Below, one piece after another: positions 1 through 12,340 of a stretch of 64,000 nt of DNA. A program made the position numbers and the translations under genes. The number at the start of each line of letters is the position of its first letter. Position 1 is the first letter of the stretch. Under the pieces are notes generated by a model. That model saw only the letters and a list, made by a program, of their open reading frames with translations. It was not told the DNA's origin and did not search any database. The stretch is from Octopus sinensis (Eukaryota). The DNA lies in the NCBI RefSeq assembly GCF_006345805.1, contig NC_043003.1, positions 91,512,001-91,576,000 of the forward strand, given 5' to 3'.

Positions 1-173
1 TAGGCACAAGGCCTGATTTTTTTTGTTCTTTTTAGGAGGCAAAACAGTCAATCTCATCAATTCCAGTACTTGACTGGTGCTTAATTTATTGACCCCCTAA
101 AGGATGAACGGCAAAGTTGGCCTCGGCGGAATTTGAGCTCAGTGGGCTACCGATTCTGCCAGCTCACTGCCTT
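1..173 (-). mobile_element. tRNA-derived SINE (family also arrayed at 16.2-19.5 kb and 32.8-34.7 kb)
   Basis: Minus strand reads GGCAGTGAGCTGGCAGAATC (A-box-like) ... GAGCTCAAATTCC (B-box-like); same body recurs many times in the window. Confidence 0.75.
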
Positions 174-1084
174 AATCAAATCTTATATTATAAAAAAGAA
201 GCTGATGTCCGTCCATAACATCTATGTGGAAAGAGAGGAGTGTATCAACAGGGGAGATAATTCTTGTCACAACGACTATTTAGGAGGGAAGCAAGGAGAA
301 AAATTGTTGAGAGACAAATACAGTGAGAGAAAGAATATATGTGTGATAGACTGACAGACTTAGTTAGATAGATAGTGTTATCACCATAGTAACTAACGGG
401 TATTGATTAAAACCATCAGGATTTTTAAGTGCAAGTCTGTCAACACAACACAGACCTAGAAAAAAAACTGTATGTAAATATATACACACTGTTACCAGTT
501 TTGCTGTTTGTGTATTTATGTGTGTGTGTGTTTCTGTATGTTTTTCAACATATAGACAATACAACTCGACTTTAAAAAAACATTTTCACTATAATAATGA
601 GTTGTTATTGCTGTTGAGAGAGAGAGAGAGAGAGTGTGTGTGTGTGTGTGTGTGTGAAAGATAGAATTAAAATTTGTTTCAAGAAAAAAAACAGGCTATT
701 GTTGAGCATATCAATGTGATCATGTGTGTGCATTCATGTCTGTTACGTTTTATCCTTTCATGCCATGTAACTTGGTGGTTCATCAACCAAAGACTGAGAA
801 AACAACATGATATGGTCAGCCAAAACCCTTGAATTTGGTACCCAGCATGGCCACTATCCAGTGATTGTATCCAATAAAAGAAAATAATGATATGCTATTG
901 ATCTAGTCATTGGTTCTCTTGTACTCATAAATTAATATTGTACTTTTATCTTTTGCACTGAAGCAAAACCTTAAATAGGAATCATGGTGGTGATGATTTC
1001 TTCATTATCATCACAATGTGACAGATAAGGAATGATTGTCGAAACAGGAGTATCTTCTTTATCTTCTAATCATAATGTTCCTCA

Positions 1085-1279
1085 CCAGAGTAGTAGTAGT
1101 GGTAGTAGTAGTAGTAGTGATGGTGGTAGAAGTTATAGTTGTAGAAGTGGTGATGATAGTAGAGGTGATGGTAGTGATAGTGGTGGTGGTGATGATAATG
1201 ATGGAGGTGGTAGTGGTAGTGCTATGAAATAGTGGTGATGGTAGTGGAAGTGGGAGTGGAAGTAGTAGTAGTGGTAACT

Positions 1280-1320
<41 letters not shown>

Positions 1321-1340
1321 GGTAGTGGCAGCAGCAGTAT
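1085..1340. repeat. Compound (AGT/GGT/GAT)n trinucleotide repeat
   Basis: Directly visible low-complexity triplet tract. Confidence 0.95.
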
Positions 1341-1663
1341 AGTACTTAACCAATTTATGGAGTAGATATGGTCTATTGAATACATTCGATTGTGACAGGT
1401 TTAAAATATTGCATACATTATCTTCTATCATATCGTTTTTTTTCTTTTTTTACTTTCAGTGTAATGAAGTGTGGTTAGTTGTAATATAACCCAATATTGT
1501 ATGTGCTGTAATGCTCGAGAAAATTGTATAATGATTTGTGTTTGCTTGTTTTCATGCATCAAGTGGATGGCGATTTATGCTTCAACACTTTCCTAATAGC
1601 TTAATACTTCCGTTGCAAGTGATGCAGAACAGTAAGCTAACCAGCTCTGTGATGCTATTTTAA

Positions 1664-1884
1664 CCCTCTAGCATTTAAACTGGGCATATCCGGCCCAAAT
1701 ATTCCATCCACTTAATATTCAAACTGGCCAGATCTGACCTCTCACACCTAACCTGTAATGTCATTCTAAAAATAAACAATTACATATTTGAAATCTCAAA
1801 GCTACAAGGTAATGCATGATAATTTTTTTTTAAATGTGAATAAATAAGTATTGCATTTGACAAAGTAATCTGAATGCTAAAGGG
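1664..1884. mobile_element. ~220-bp TTAA-flanked MITE (piggyBac-like), family A
   Basis: Termini CCCTCTAGCATT...AATGCTAAAGGG, with TTAA left and TTGA right; sister copies at 40874-41089, 46230-46431 (inverted), 53002-53219 and a partial near 51940-52060. Confidence 0.75.
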
Positions 1885-2029
1885 TTGACACAATTTCCAT
1901 TCATTTGTGTCATACCATACAATTTCTTGTGTGATTAATAATATGCAAACTCCTGCTACTATAATGGCCTCTGTTCCTTAGAGCTGGCTGCCCCCTGCCA
2001 TTCAGACATTCCTATCCCATTGATTTCTC

Positions 2030-2112
2030 TTGTCGGAAGCATTAAGGGTTATGCTTGATCGGTGGAAGGTGCGTCGCTTGTTCAGAGCAGCGTATAGGCC
2101 GAGTGGTAACGG
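2030..2112 (+). pseudogene. Gypsy-type integrase fragment
   Basis: Reads LSEALRVMLDRWKVRRLFRAAYRPSGNG, aligning by eye with EEMLNKWHVSHFFRLAYQPSGNG of the 23.8-24.5 kb integrase. Confidence 0.6.
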
Positions 2113-2699
2113 ATCCTTCGACACAGCCCGACCCAAACGCTAAAGATAGCAGCTGCTTCACCCAACCTTAGCAACGTGTTCACCCGTCTTAACACGCCGA
2201 CGACCCTCGTTTGAAAGGCAGAAATTGCTGCTCGCTGTGCGCACCTGACGGCTGCCCCTTGCGGTCAACCCCAGTTCCGGTCACAGTTCCGGTCAGCTCC
2301 CCAGCTGCTGACGTCATCCTACACTCTCATCATCCTTGTTGTGTCCAATCTTCCCAGGCCCTCAACTAATTCAATAAGCAGACAATTCAGTTGATTAAAT
2401 AACTGGATACTTACTGTTGAAACTGATGGAGTTGTAAGTACTTTATTTACGTGTAATGTGTAGATTTGTATGTGTGTGCGTTTGTGGATTTGTATGTGTG
2501 TATTTTTGTGTATATGTATGTACATGTGTGTATTTGTATGTATCTATGTGTGAGTGTTATATATGTAGTTATGTATTTGGGGCTATACAGAGTGTTTGAG
2601 CTGAATTTGATGATTTTTTTATGTTTCTGTTTTTTTTTTGGGGGGGGGTCAGGAACAGCCTTATGTATTGGTGAACAGTCAATGGCACTGGAAGAGCAT

Positions 2700-3475
2700 A
2701 AACACTAAAGTTATAGTTGAGAAAAAATTACCTGACATGGAGGGCTTGAATCCATCTGAATATTGGAAAAAAGATATGTGTCATGATGATTCATGCTGGG
2801 TATCAAAATGGTAACATCATGATTGCTGTTCAATGCTCTGTAAAGTCTGTAAGATGTGGCATGGACAGCTGCAACAGAGACTATGAAAGCCATGGCCTGC
2901 ATGAAGGAACCCGCAGGCATTCTGATTGTCCACATACCAGAATTCATCCAACATCTTTGAACAGGACTTTAGGCTCAATTCAGACAGCTTTATGAAGCTG
3001 TTGGAGACTGTGTCCAAACCCTGGCTGGAGAGGGTTGCTGTTGGAAGGCTATATGTATAGTAGCAAGATTCAGCTTATTGCCATACTTCTAGAAAGAGTT
3101 AGTAGTGATTGTCAGAGAATTTCTACAACTTTGCCAGCCCCAATTTCTATCCCCTGAATTGTAATCCCATGGATTACTATGTGGGGTACACATGTGAGAA
3201 AGACACCAACTGAAACATTAAGGCCAAGCTGGTGGCCAAGATAAATGAAATGTACAAAGATTTTCCCAGGAACACACTGAGGAATGCATGTGGCAAGTTT
3301 CAGAGCAGTCTTACAGCCATGGTGGAAGCTGGAGATGGCTGCTTTGAGTAAATTGTTATATCCCAGCCATAATCTAGTTGATATTTTCTGATTCTTTTGC
3401 GAATACTTTAATTTTTGAATGAGGTATTGTGTTTTCTTTTCTTTTTATGCATCCTGTCTAATTTGACCTGAACAT
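2700..3475 (+). mobile_element. Degraded, internally deleted Tc1/mariner-superfamily element
   Basis: Remnants KPWLERVA..*QQDSA, P.CNPMDYYV and ACGKFQSSLTAMVEAGDGCFE* are typical of a DDD transposase C-terminus; boundaries approximate. Confidence 0.6.
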
Positions 3476-4007
3476 GTGATTGACCTTGTTGTTTAATCTC
3501 AGGAAAATCACAACCACAGATAAACTGCTGTCATAAAAATCTTTAAGGAAAATATTCTATCTCTGTCTTCCTTGGCATGAGATACTTTCTCTCAGTAACA
3601 TCCAATGTCACCTGCTAACTGACTGGACTGACATATTTCTTTGCAGGACAACCAGTGTGGTTGCAACCATTTCAAGTTATCCAAAACAGGGTATCACTAA
3701 CGAGTTTCTCCTTACTTTGCCAGCACTGTGCAGTAAAATGATCTCTTCTTTCTGTAATGATGTCTGATACTTTAGGATCCCTATTGTATAATCTTTCTTT
3801 TGTGTGTTCTAGGATTACAAAAGACACTTGTCCAAGGTATCATGTGGTTGGGAAGCAAACTTCTCAAATGCACAGCCACGGCTGCACCTCTGTATGTAGA
3901 TATAATATTACATTGTTGAACTATACAGAGTTGGCTAAAAACATTCTTGGCTGTGTGGTAAGAAGTTTGCTTAATATTATTCTATATTTTTGAGATGAGG
4001 AATTATG

Positions 4008-4485
4008 TACATTATTTACAATGGATGGAATGGTGTTCTCATCTTGTTTGTTGTTATCACAACATTTCAGCTGATGTACTCTCCGGCCCTCATCAGGTGT
4101 TCTGGTGGAATTTCAAACCCAACCCTTTATTTGTTCTCATTCCTAAGGTATGTTGTTGGTGTTATTTTCTGTTGATGTTATTTTTCAAGTCCCTGCCTGG
4201 GATTGAACTTAGAATCCGAGGGTTAGTAGTGGATAAGAGCATGGGCTACTAACCCTCAGATTCTAAGTTCAGTCCCAGGCAGGGACTTGAAAAATAATAT
4301 CAACAGAAAAATAATATCAGCAACATACCTTAGGAATGAGAACAGTGTACCCCATTAATCAAATAAAGGGTTGGGTTTGAAATTCCACCAGAACGCCTGA
4401 TGAAGACTTGAGTGTACATCAGTCGAAATGTTGTGTTAACAACAAACAAGGTGAGGACACCTATCCATCCACTGTAAATAATGTA
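4008..4485. repeat. Palindrome of two head-to-head copies of a tRNA-headed element carrying a hammerhead-ribozyme-like motif
   Basis: 4008-4229 is the reverse complement of 4246-4485 (about 90% by eye, one ~17-bp indel), with a 16-nt loop. Confidence 0.9.
4392..4437 (+). ncRNA. Putative minimal type-I hammerhead ribozyme
   Basis: AACGC-CTGATGA-A-GACT(12 nt)AGTC-GAAA-TG-TT-GTGTT: stem I AACGC/GTGTT, stem II GACT/AGTC, cores CUGAUGA and GAAA, GUU cleavage triplet; second copy on the minus strand at 4056-4101. Confidence 0.6.
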
Positions 4486-4939
4486 GAAGTTTGCTTCTCA
4501 ATCATATGGCTCCAGGGTCAGTCTTACTGCATGGAACTTTGGGCAAGTGTCTTTTGTTGTAGCCATGAGCCAACCAAAACATTGCAAGTAGATTTGGTAG
4601 ACAGAAACTGAAACAATCTCATCATATATGTGTGTGTGTGTGTGTGTGTGTGCGCGCGCACGCGTGTGTGCATGTGTGTGCACATACATGTGTGCATGTA
4701 TGTGTGTATGTGTCTGTGTTTACATCCCTATAACTTAGTGGTTTGGCAAAAGAGACTGATAGAATAAGTACCAGGCTTAAAAAAAAGAATAAGTACTGGG
4801 ATCCTTTCATTCAACTAAAAATTCTTCAAAGCCACTGTCTAATGACTGAAAAAAGTAAAAGGCAGAGGTAAGGTATGTTCTATAGCAGGTTGCAGAAATC
4901 AAATTAAACACTGTTATTTTTACATCAGTAATCTATGTT

Positions 4940-5290
4940 CTTGAACAAGCAATGAGGTGATGATCATCAGCCATGTTGAAAGGATGAACAATGATTGTCT
5001 ACCAAAGGCCATCTTTTATTCTAAACTGGTAATAGGAAAATATCACCATGGAAAAGCACAAATGAGATTCAGAGACATCGTGAAGCAGAATTTCACATTC
5101 TGCAGCATCCAACCAAAGGAGTTTGAGACTACCACAGAGGATAGGGAGCAATGAAGAAATCTCTAGTGTATAGGCTGCAAATTCTTTGAGGATAACAGAA
5201 AAGACAAGGAGCACCAAAGATGGCAGATAAGAAAGAGAAGGCTGGCCACGATCAATGAAAAACTCTAATAATCCCAAACAGAGAATGTTA
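4940..5290 (+). pseudogene. 3' fragment of a non-LTR retrotransposon ORF (post-RT region)
   Basis: HVERMNNDCLPKAIFYSKL...GKAQMRFRDIVK resembles the HV.RM...RLPK..FY...RP..R..D motif of RTE/CR1-type C-termini. Confidence 0.6.
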
Positions 5291-6567
5291 TTAAATGTTT
5301 CAAACAAATCTGATTTCCACAGTCATTAAAGAGTCTGTGTTAGAAAAAAGCAAAATTAAAGTGATTGAAATGGGACAACTTCCTGAATCAAGAATGTCCA
5401 CAACAATCCAAGGTATAGATCATATAATAAAGAAAAATTGAAAGGTCTTTTTGATTTAGTTGCATTTTTCCTTTGCATATATATAATTTACTCATGCTCT
5501 GCCTAGTTTTAAGAATTTTTTTTTTACTCCACTCCAGTCACCCCCACCCTCCATTCTAAAATGTGAGTAGCTATGATGCCCCTCTATGGCAACAAACCTG
5601 CTCTGCCTCCTTCTCATCTCTTTGCATAAAGCTACTTCACTCAAGATTCATCTTCAGCCCCAGGCTGATCAAAGCCTTGTCAGTGGATTTGGTAGGTGGA
5701 AACTGAAAGAAGCCCATCATGTGTGTGTGCATGGATGTGTGTTTTGTCTCCTTGTCTTGATTTTGCATTATATTTCTAAATATGCCTTGCCATCATACAA
5801 GCAGAGTCTTTTGTTTTCATTCTTCTGTGAAAACATCTTTGGCCATGGGGAAATATTACCTTACTTGGAAGTGGATCTTTTTAACTCATTGTGAAAATGG
5901 AAGCTTTTAAAAATCACTTTCATCATCATCATCTTTTAAGATGTGTCTTTCATGCTGCCAAGGCTTGGATGGTTTAATAGGATGCAACAGGCTGGAGGGT
6001 TTTGACATGATTTATACCCTTCCCAATATCAACCACTTTACAGAATGCACAGAGTACTTTTTCCATAGCATCTGCTCTAGTAAGGTCATCATGTAGCTTG
6101 CAAGACTACTATCCCCATCAGCTGAGCGGAAGTACAGTAGAGAGGGAAGCAGCTATATGCTAAGTGATGAAAGATTACAGAATGAAGGAAGGATCCAGAA
6201 CTGTTACATGGTTATTTACATTATTGAAGACTGAGTGGGAGTAATCAGTTTGGAGCTGGAAAGAGAGATAAAGATCGTGGTGGGACCCAGGGGGAAGAAG
6301 AACAGGAGGAGTGACTGGATAGAAGTTGCAAGAGAGTACAAAAAAGTATGAGGGACGGTAAGAAATGGAGTTGGGATGTGTATATACCGAATGAGGAACA
6401 GGTGAGATTGGAATAGGCAGTGAGGTCAATGATAAATAAGTGAATAAAGTTAGGGGAGAATACATGATGACTACTCTACTCTAACTTCCATCCAACACGT
6501 ATAATATATTGATCAATTTTATGCTACATTTCACCAATTTTTTTGACTATAAAAAGTGTTAGAATAA

Positions 6568-6880
6568 TTTAGGCCTTGCCAGTGCTGGCACCATATAAAA
6601 AGCATCCAGTCAGCACTGTAAAATGGTTAGCATTTGGAAGGGCTTCCAGCTGTAAAAACCATGCCAATGCTGACCTTGCCTGTGCTGGTGCCACGTAAAA
6701 AGCACTCAGTCCACTCTGCAGAGTGGTTGGTGTTCGGAAGGGCATCCAGCTGTAAAAACCCTGCCAAAACAGACAAAGTAGCCTGGAGTAGTCTTCTACC
6801 TGGCCGGCTCCTGTCAAACTGTCCAACACATGCCTGCATGGAAGGCGGATATTTAATGACAACAATGATGATAATGAGTT
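6568..6880 (+). mobile_element. RTE-like LINE 3' tail copy (one of many)
   Basis: Matches the 3' UTR of the 20.7-22.6 kb LINE (TGGTTGGTGTTCGGAAGGGCATCCAGCTGT...CATGGAA...GATGAT). Confidence 0.75.
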
Positions 6881-7068
6881 AAATAAAGCAATTGAGCTGT
6901 CAATTTTATGTTAAATGGGTCAGTGTTTTGAAAGGTTAAGCAATAATCCATTGTGTAACTAAGCAGAAGAGATTGTAATAATAAATATGATATCTTGTAG
7001 TAATTTAGCTTACAGAGTGATCCCCAGATTACATCCAGCAAACCCAAGAAAGGAAAGGAATAAATGAC

Positions 7069-7289
7069 TTAATCATTGATGTAATGATACCAAGTCACTT
7101 GATTGTCATTCTGAAATGTACTGGAAATCTGAAGAATTAATTATTAGCTTAAGATTTAAATATGGTGTGTATCTAGCATTTGGTTTGTAATTATTTCATT
7201 AATAAACTTGAATATATTACTTCTAAAAAGACATCAACAAGTTTCCTGTAAGTACGGTCATTAACAAGTTCTATTCTCAACCAATACCA
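7069..7289 (+). repeat. 221-bp direct repeat, copy 1 (copy 2 at 9090-9310)
   Basis: 219/221 identical by manual alignment, offset 2021 bp. Confidence 0.95.
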
Positions 7290-8505
7290 TCACCACCATC
7301 ATCATCATCATTTAACATGTGATTTCCATGCTAAGATGGGTTGCACAGTTTCACATGATCTGAAGGGTTGGCAGACTGCATTGTGCTCCATTGTCTCCTT
7401 GATTATGATTTCTACAACTGGACATCCTTCCTTTTTAACACCATTGACTTTACAGGGACTTTGTGGCACCAGCATTAGTGAGGTTGCCATGTAACTTACA
7501 AGGCTGAAGAGACTTCTCAACTGAGTGAGAGTATAATAGAGAGGGGTGTCATTGTACCAGCTGTTGAGAAGTTAAAATATAAAGGAGAGGAGAGGAACAG
7601 GTTTCTTAATGCAGAGGAAATACATGGTTACTTCATATATAAGGGTACGTATGGATGAGAGCAACTGTATAAAGAAATGTCACTTGCTTCATATGGAAGA
7701 GGGAGATGAAGAAAAGCATATCACGAAGTACAGAAGGTTGATTTGAAGATGCGAATATAAAAATATAATATGATCAATAAATATTCTTTCAGATGAATTG
7801 TTCATTTTAAACATGTTATATTGTAGTTGTCCAGTCTTAGGTCAGTCATGACTAAGTAGACTTATGATTAAAGTTATTCCAAGAATGAACATCCCATCTT
7901 TCAATAAATCAGAGAGTACAATGTCCAATCTGTTCTCCATTTTTGTAAGATGGTAAAATGTGATTAGAAGGAGATTTGGCTACCATTTCTAGCTGGATGA
8001 GTGACCACATAGCAGTTCTTTCTCACTATGTTGATTTCTCTCAAGATTTTTCTCCCTCATTGCATGTTATGTTTTTCCAAGATTAATCCTATTTATCATT
8101 CTACAAGAAAAGAAAGCATTGATAGCAACAAATATTTCAAACCTTTAATTACCATATTTGTTTCAATTATTTTCAAAAATAATGAAGAATTTAGTCAAAC
8201 TTTTCAGGAAACTTTAAATTTAGATCATTTTAAAATAGGGAATTTGTATCATAGAACCAAGAGCAGTTTCAAATGGGTTCGCATCAAAAGGGTTTTAGAT
8301 CATTATTCTGATTAAGCAAAGTTTAGCTTTGTGGGCTTCATGATAGTTTCATATTCATCATGGTTTTCTTTTAGAGGTGTTTTACAGATGGATCCCCTTC
8401 CCGTTTTTAATACTTTTAGCCACCACCACTTCCAACACACTGTGACACTGTGTACCTATTCTAAAACTGGGATGCATATGATAAAAAAGTTATCTTTGTT
8501 CACTT

Positions 8506-9089
8506 ATCATCATCATCATCATTTAACATCCGTTGTCCATGCTGGCATGGGTTGGATGGTTTGACCAGGCTGGCATCATGGAAGGATGCACCAGACTCCA
8601 GTCTAACTTGGCATGATTTTCTACAGCTGGATGCCCTTCCTAACGCCAACCACTCTGAGAGTGTAATGGGTGCTTTTACATGCCACTGGCAAGGGTGCCA
8701 TTTGTGTGATACTGGGATGCTTTTATGTGCCACCAGCACAGGTGCCAATTTGCGTGACACTAGTATGTGCCATGACTGCAATTTTGCTCAGCTTAATAGG
8801 TCTTCTTCTCAAACATGACATAATGCCAAAGGTCTCAGTCATTACCTCCATGGGACTCAAAATTCAAAAGGAACTCAGCCACTTTACCTCTGTGAAGCTA
8901 AATGCTTGGAAGGTGTTCTTTACATGCCAGCAGCACAGGTGCACTTGGCTTAACGTGTCCTCTCAAGCACAGTACATCGCCAAAGGTCTCAGTCACTAGC
9001 CATTGTGAGGCTCAAAATTCGAAGATGATGCTTCACCATCTCATCCCATGTCTTCCTGGGTCTACCTCTACCACAGGTTCCCTCTACAG
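8506..9089 (-). mobile_element. 5'-truncated RTE-like LINE copy
   Basis: Minus strand begins in the ORF C-terminus (VEGTCGRGRPRKTWDEMVKHHLR) and ends in a (GAT)n tail near 8510. Confidence 0.8.
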
Positions 9090-10320
9090 TTAATCATTGA
9101 TGTAATGATACCAAGTCACTTGATTGTCATTCTGAAATGTACTGGAAATCTGAAGAATTAAGTATTAGCTTAAGATTTAAATATGGTGTGTATCTAGCAT
9201 TTGGTTTGTAATTATTTCATTAATAAACTTGAATATATTACTTCTAAAAAGACATCAACAAGTTTCCTGTAAGTACGGTCATTAACAAGTTCTGTTCTCA
9301 ACCAATACCACCACCACCATCACCATCATCATCATCAGCACTTCTTTTACACAGCTATCCTCGTCCATATGCCTCACATGACCATACCAGCACAGTTGTT
9401 TCTCAGACCATAAATAAATAAATGACAAAAATTTGAGGGTGAACAGAAACTAACCTGGGTGTAAGTAGAAATATGATTGATAATGTATTCTGAATTGTGT
9501 GACATGAAAAGAAGAAATGAAAAACATAGAAGAATGACAAGGTGTTGACCTTCATTAGCAGCTACCATTTAACTGTTACTTTTTCATCAAGAGCCATGAA
9601 GGATTGATTGGATATGATAGATTAGAGGTGAGTAGGAGACAAAATAATATTTTCTTTATTGATTTTCTGATTAAGTATAACATTATTATTAATCATGTTT
9701 TACCTTGACATGAATCAAATGAAACTTAGTGTGGCTTATTACATTTTATGTGTGTGGTAGAGCTTGACCTGTTATGTCTGTCTGACCCAATGAGGCTCTG
9801 TCAAAAGACTAGCCTAATCATTGAGACAGTTACCTGCAGAGTCAACAGTTCATAAATTAAATTTTTTAAGCCTTGAGGAGATGCGAGGGGTCTACTGCAA
9901 ATTAGTGTTTTGCGTTGGTTTCATGGCATTAAACAAATGAGAGATAAAGCCTTCTCTGGATAGCATACCAGTGTATCACAGGTAACATTTCCAGATGATC
10001 TAGGACCTGTTCATGAGTTAAGCAAAACGAGAATAAAGTGTTTGGTACAGAAATGTATTGAAGCAGCCGGAAATTAATACCTTTTCTACTCAGCAATTTT
10101 CCTCAACCCACAGAGTGAACCACTGTGTCACCCAAATCACAAGCCATCTATTGCACAGAGATTCTCATATAGTATCTGTTCTCTTTCTCTATGTAAGATT
10201 GGTGCTCATAAATGACTAATATATAATCATATATACACACATTAATATACATATATCATCATTTAATGTCTATGTTCCATGCTGGCATGGGTTAGATCAT
10301 GTGTGTATGTGATGAAGCTA

Positions 10321-11607
10321 TCAGATCATCCCATAAGTTCTGTCCAAATTTTGAATAATGAAAACAAGTGATCAAATGTTATATTTTATTTAAATTTAAT
10401 CAGCAATGTACTTTCCCTGATTATCTATGACTTTCTTCCATCTATTTACAAGCTTTTTAATCCCATCAATGTAAAACTCTTTTGGTTCCAAAGCGAAGAA
10501 CTCTGAAATGTCAGTTTCAATCTCCTCCTGGCTTGCGAAAGTTATGTCTCCAAATGATTCTGTAAACTACGAAACAAATGGTAGTCTGAAGGAGCAAGGT
10601 CAGGAGAATAAGGTGGATGAGGAATTTTTTCCCAACCAAACTCTTCAATCTTCTGTGATGTGATCTTTGCAGTGTGGGGTCGTACATTGTCCTGATGAAA
10701 CAGCACTCCTTTTCGATTCACTAGTGCGGGTCTTTTATTCTTCGAAGCTTGGTTCAAATGCACTAATTGCTGAGAGTAGACTTGAGCATTGATTATTGCA
10801 TTAGGTGGTAACAGTTCAAAGTGAATTACTCTTTTGCAACCCCACCAGATAGAGAGAAGAACCTTTTTCCCATGAAGTTCCCTTCTCAGTTGTGGTTGAG
10901 CTTTTTCCCTTTTACCAAGCCACTGTTTATGATGTTTAGCATTTTGATAGAAGATCCATTTTCCTTCACCAGTCACAAGTCTATCCAAAAAAGGTGAAAT
11001 GAGTTTGCAAGAATGGAGAGAAGAGCAGATGTCGACTCAGGATTTGCGGTTGCTTTTGGACAATTCATGAGGCACCCATTTTCCAAGTTTAAGAACCATT
11101 CCAAGTTGTTGGAGACGATGATGAACAGTTGTATGGTTTGAACTAAGCTTTATTGCCAATTCTTCAACTAATAATGCAGGATTTTATTCAAGTAATGCCT
11201 CAAGGAGCTTATCATCAAACTCAACTGGACGTCCTGTTCAATCTTCATCTTCAAGGCTGAAATCTCCACTTCTGAATTTTGCAAACCATCTTCTGCAAGT
11301 TCTTTCATTCAAGCATTCTTTCCCATAAACTGAGTGTATGTTTCCAGTCGCTTTGGCTGAAGAGTTTCTTTTTTTGTACTCATAAAGCATTCTGTGCCTC
11401 AAATACTCTTTGGATACTTCCATATTAGAAAGGATCTTAATCAAAGAAATTTTAATTCTATTATTCTGTAAAATAATATTCAACTAGTTTAAATGTACAT
11501 AAATGCATAAAAATAATTTTTAATTCCATTAGACATTCTAAAATACAATTAAATTTCATTCAGTTTTAAAAAAGGTAAAATCGGACAGAACTTCTGGGAT
11601 GACCTGA
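10321..11607 (-). mobile_element. Full-length but inactivated mariner transposon
   Basis: ~28-bp TIRs TCAG(A/G)TCATCCCA(T/G)AAGTTCTGTCC, TA on the left, 1287 bp. Transposase pieces MEVSKEYLRH..., HQDNVRPH and [14 protein letters not shown]; first catalytic motif reads GEGKW instead of GDEKW; frame broken. Confidence 0.92.
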
Positions 11608-12340
11608 AATAAGGTAATGCACATGCACTCAGCTATGAGTGCATTGCATCTTATAGCAGAAACAGCTGTAAGTAAATAAAGTTCAAGACAATTACTTATT
11701 CCCTTGTCATTTATTTAATTTCTTATCACTGCTCTATACTCGACTGACGCCTTGTTCTGAAGCATATGTATATTAAGTCCTAACACCAGCTTCTCAGTAT
11801 CACTATGCATAAGCAAAATAATAATATACATACATATACATACATACACATACACACAAGCACAGTTTAACAAAATTCAATGTGCCCAAGGACTACATCA
11901 TGCCCCAGTGTCTCATTTGGCATTGTTTCTATGGCTGGATGCCCTTCCCAACACCAACCACTTTACAGTGTGTATTGGTTCTTCTCTTGTGTTACTAACA
12001 CTAGTGAGGTCGCCATACAGCTTGCAAGCCTGTGAAAGCTGAGTGGAGGGGATTTATGCTAGCTAATGAGGGTTAAGGATTTTGTTTGTAAGGAAGCTAC
12101 ATGGCTTTTCACATTTAGGAAAGAAGTAGAAATGAATCAGCAGATGCTGCAAAGAGGTAAATAAATGGGAGAGCGGAAGTACATCTGTAAGTATTGGATA
12201 GGGTTGAAGGGTGGATGCAGTGGTCAGGATTACTAGTGCTGCCCACTCTCAACTCAACATTTTCCTTATGAAAGTTTAATAAACATGTTCTCTTCTAAAA
12301 TGTATTGAATACTCTTTCACATTAATGTTAAATCATCTTT

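Noticed and set aside
1032-1431. Ser/Gly-, Val-, Thr- and Leu-rich ORFs
   Set aside because: All frames are translations of the (AGT/GGT)n microsatellite; no splice or homology support.
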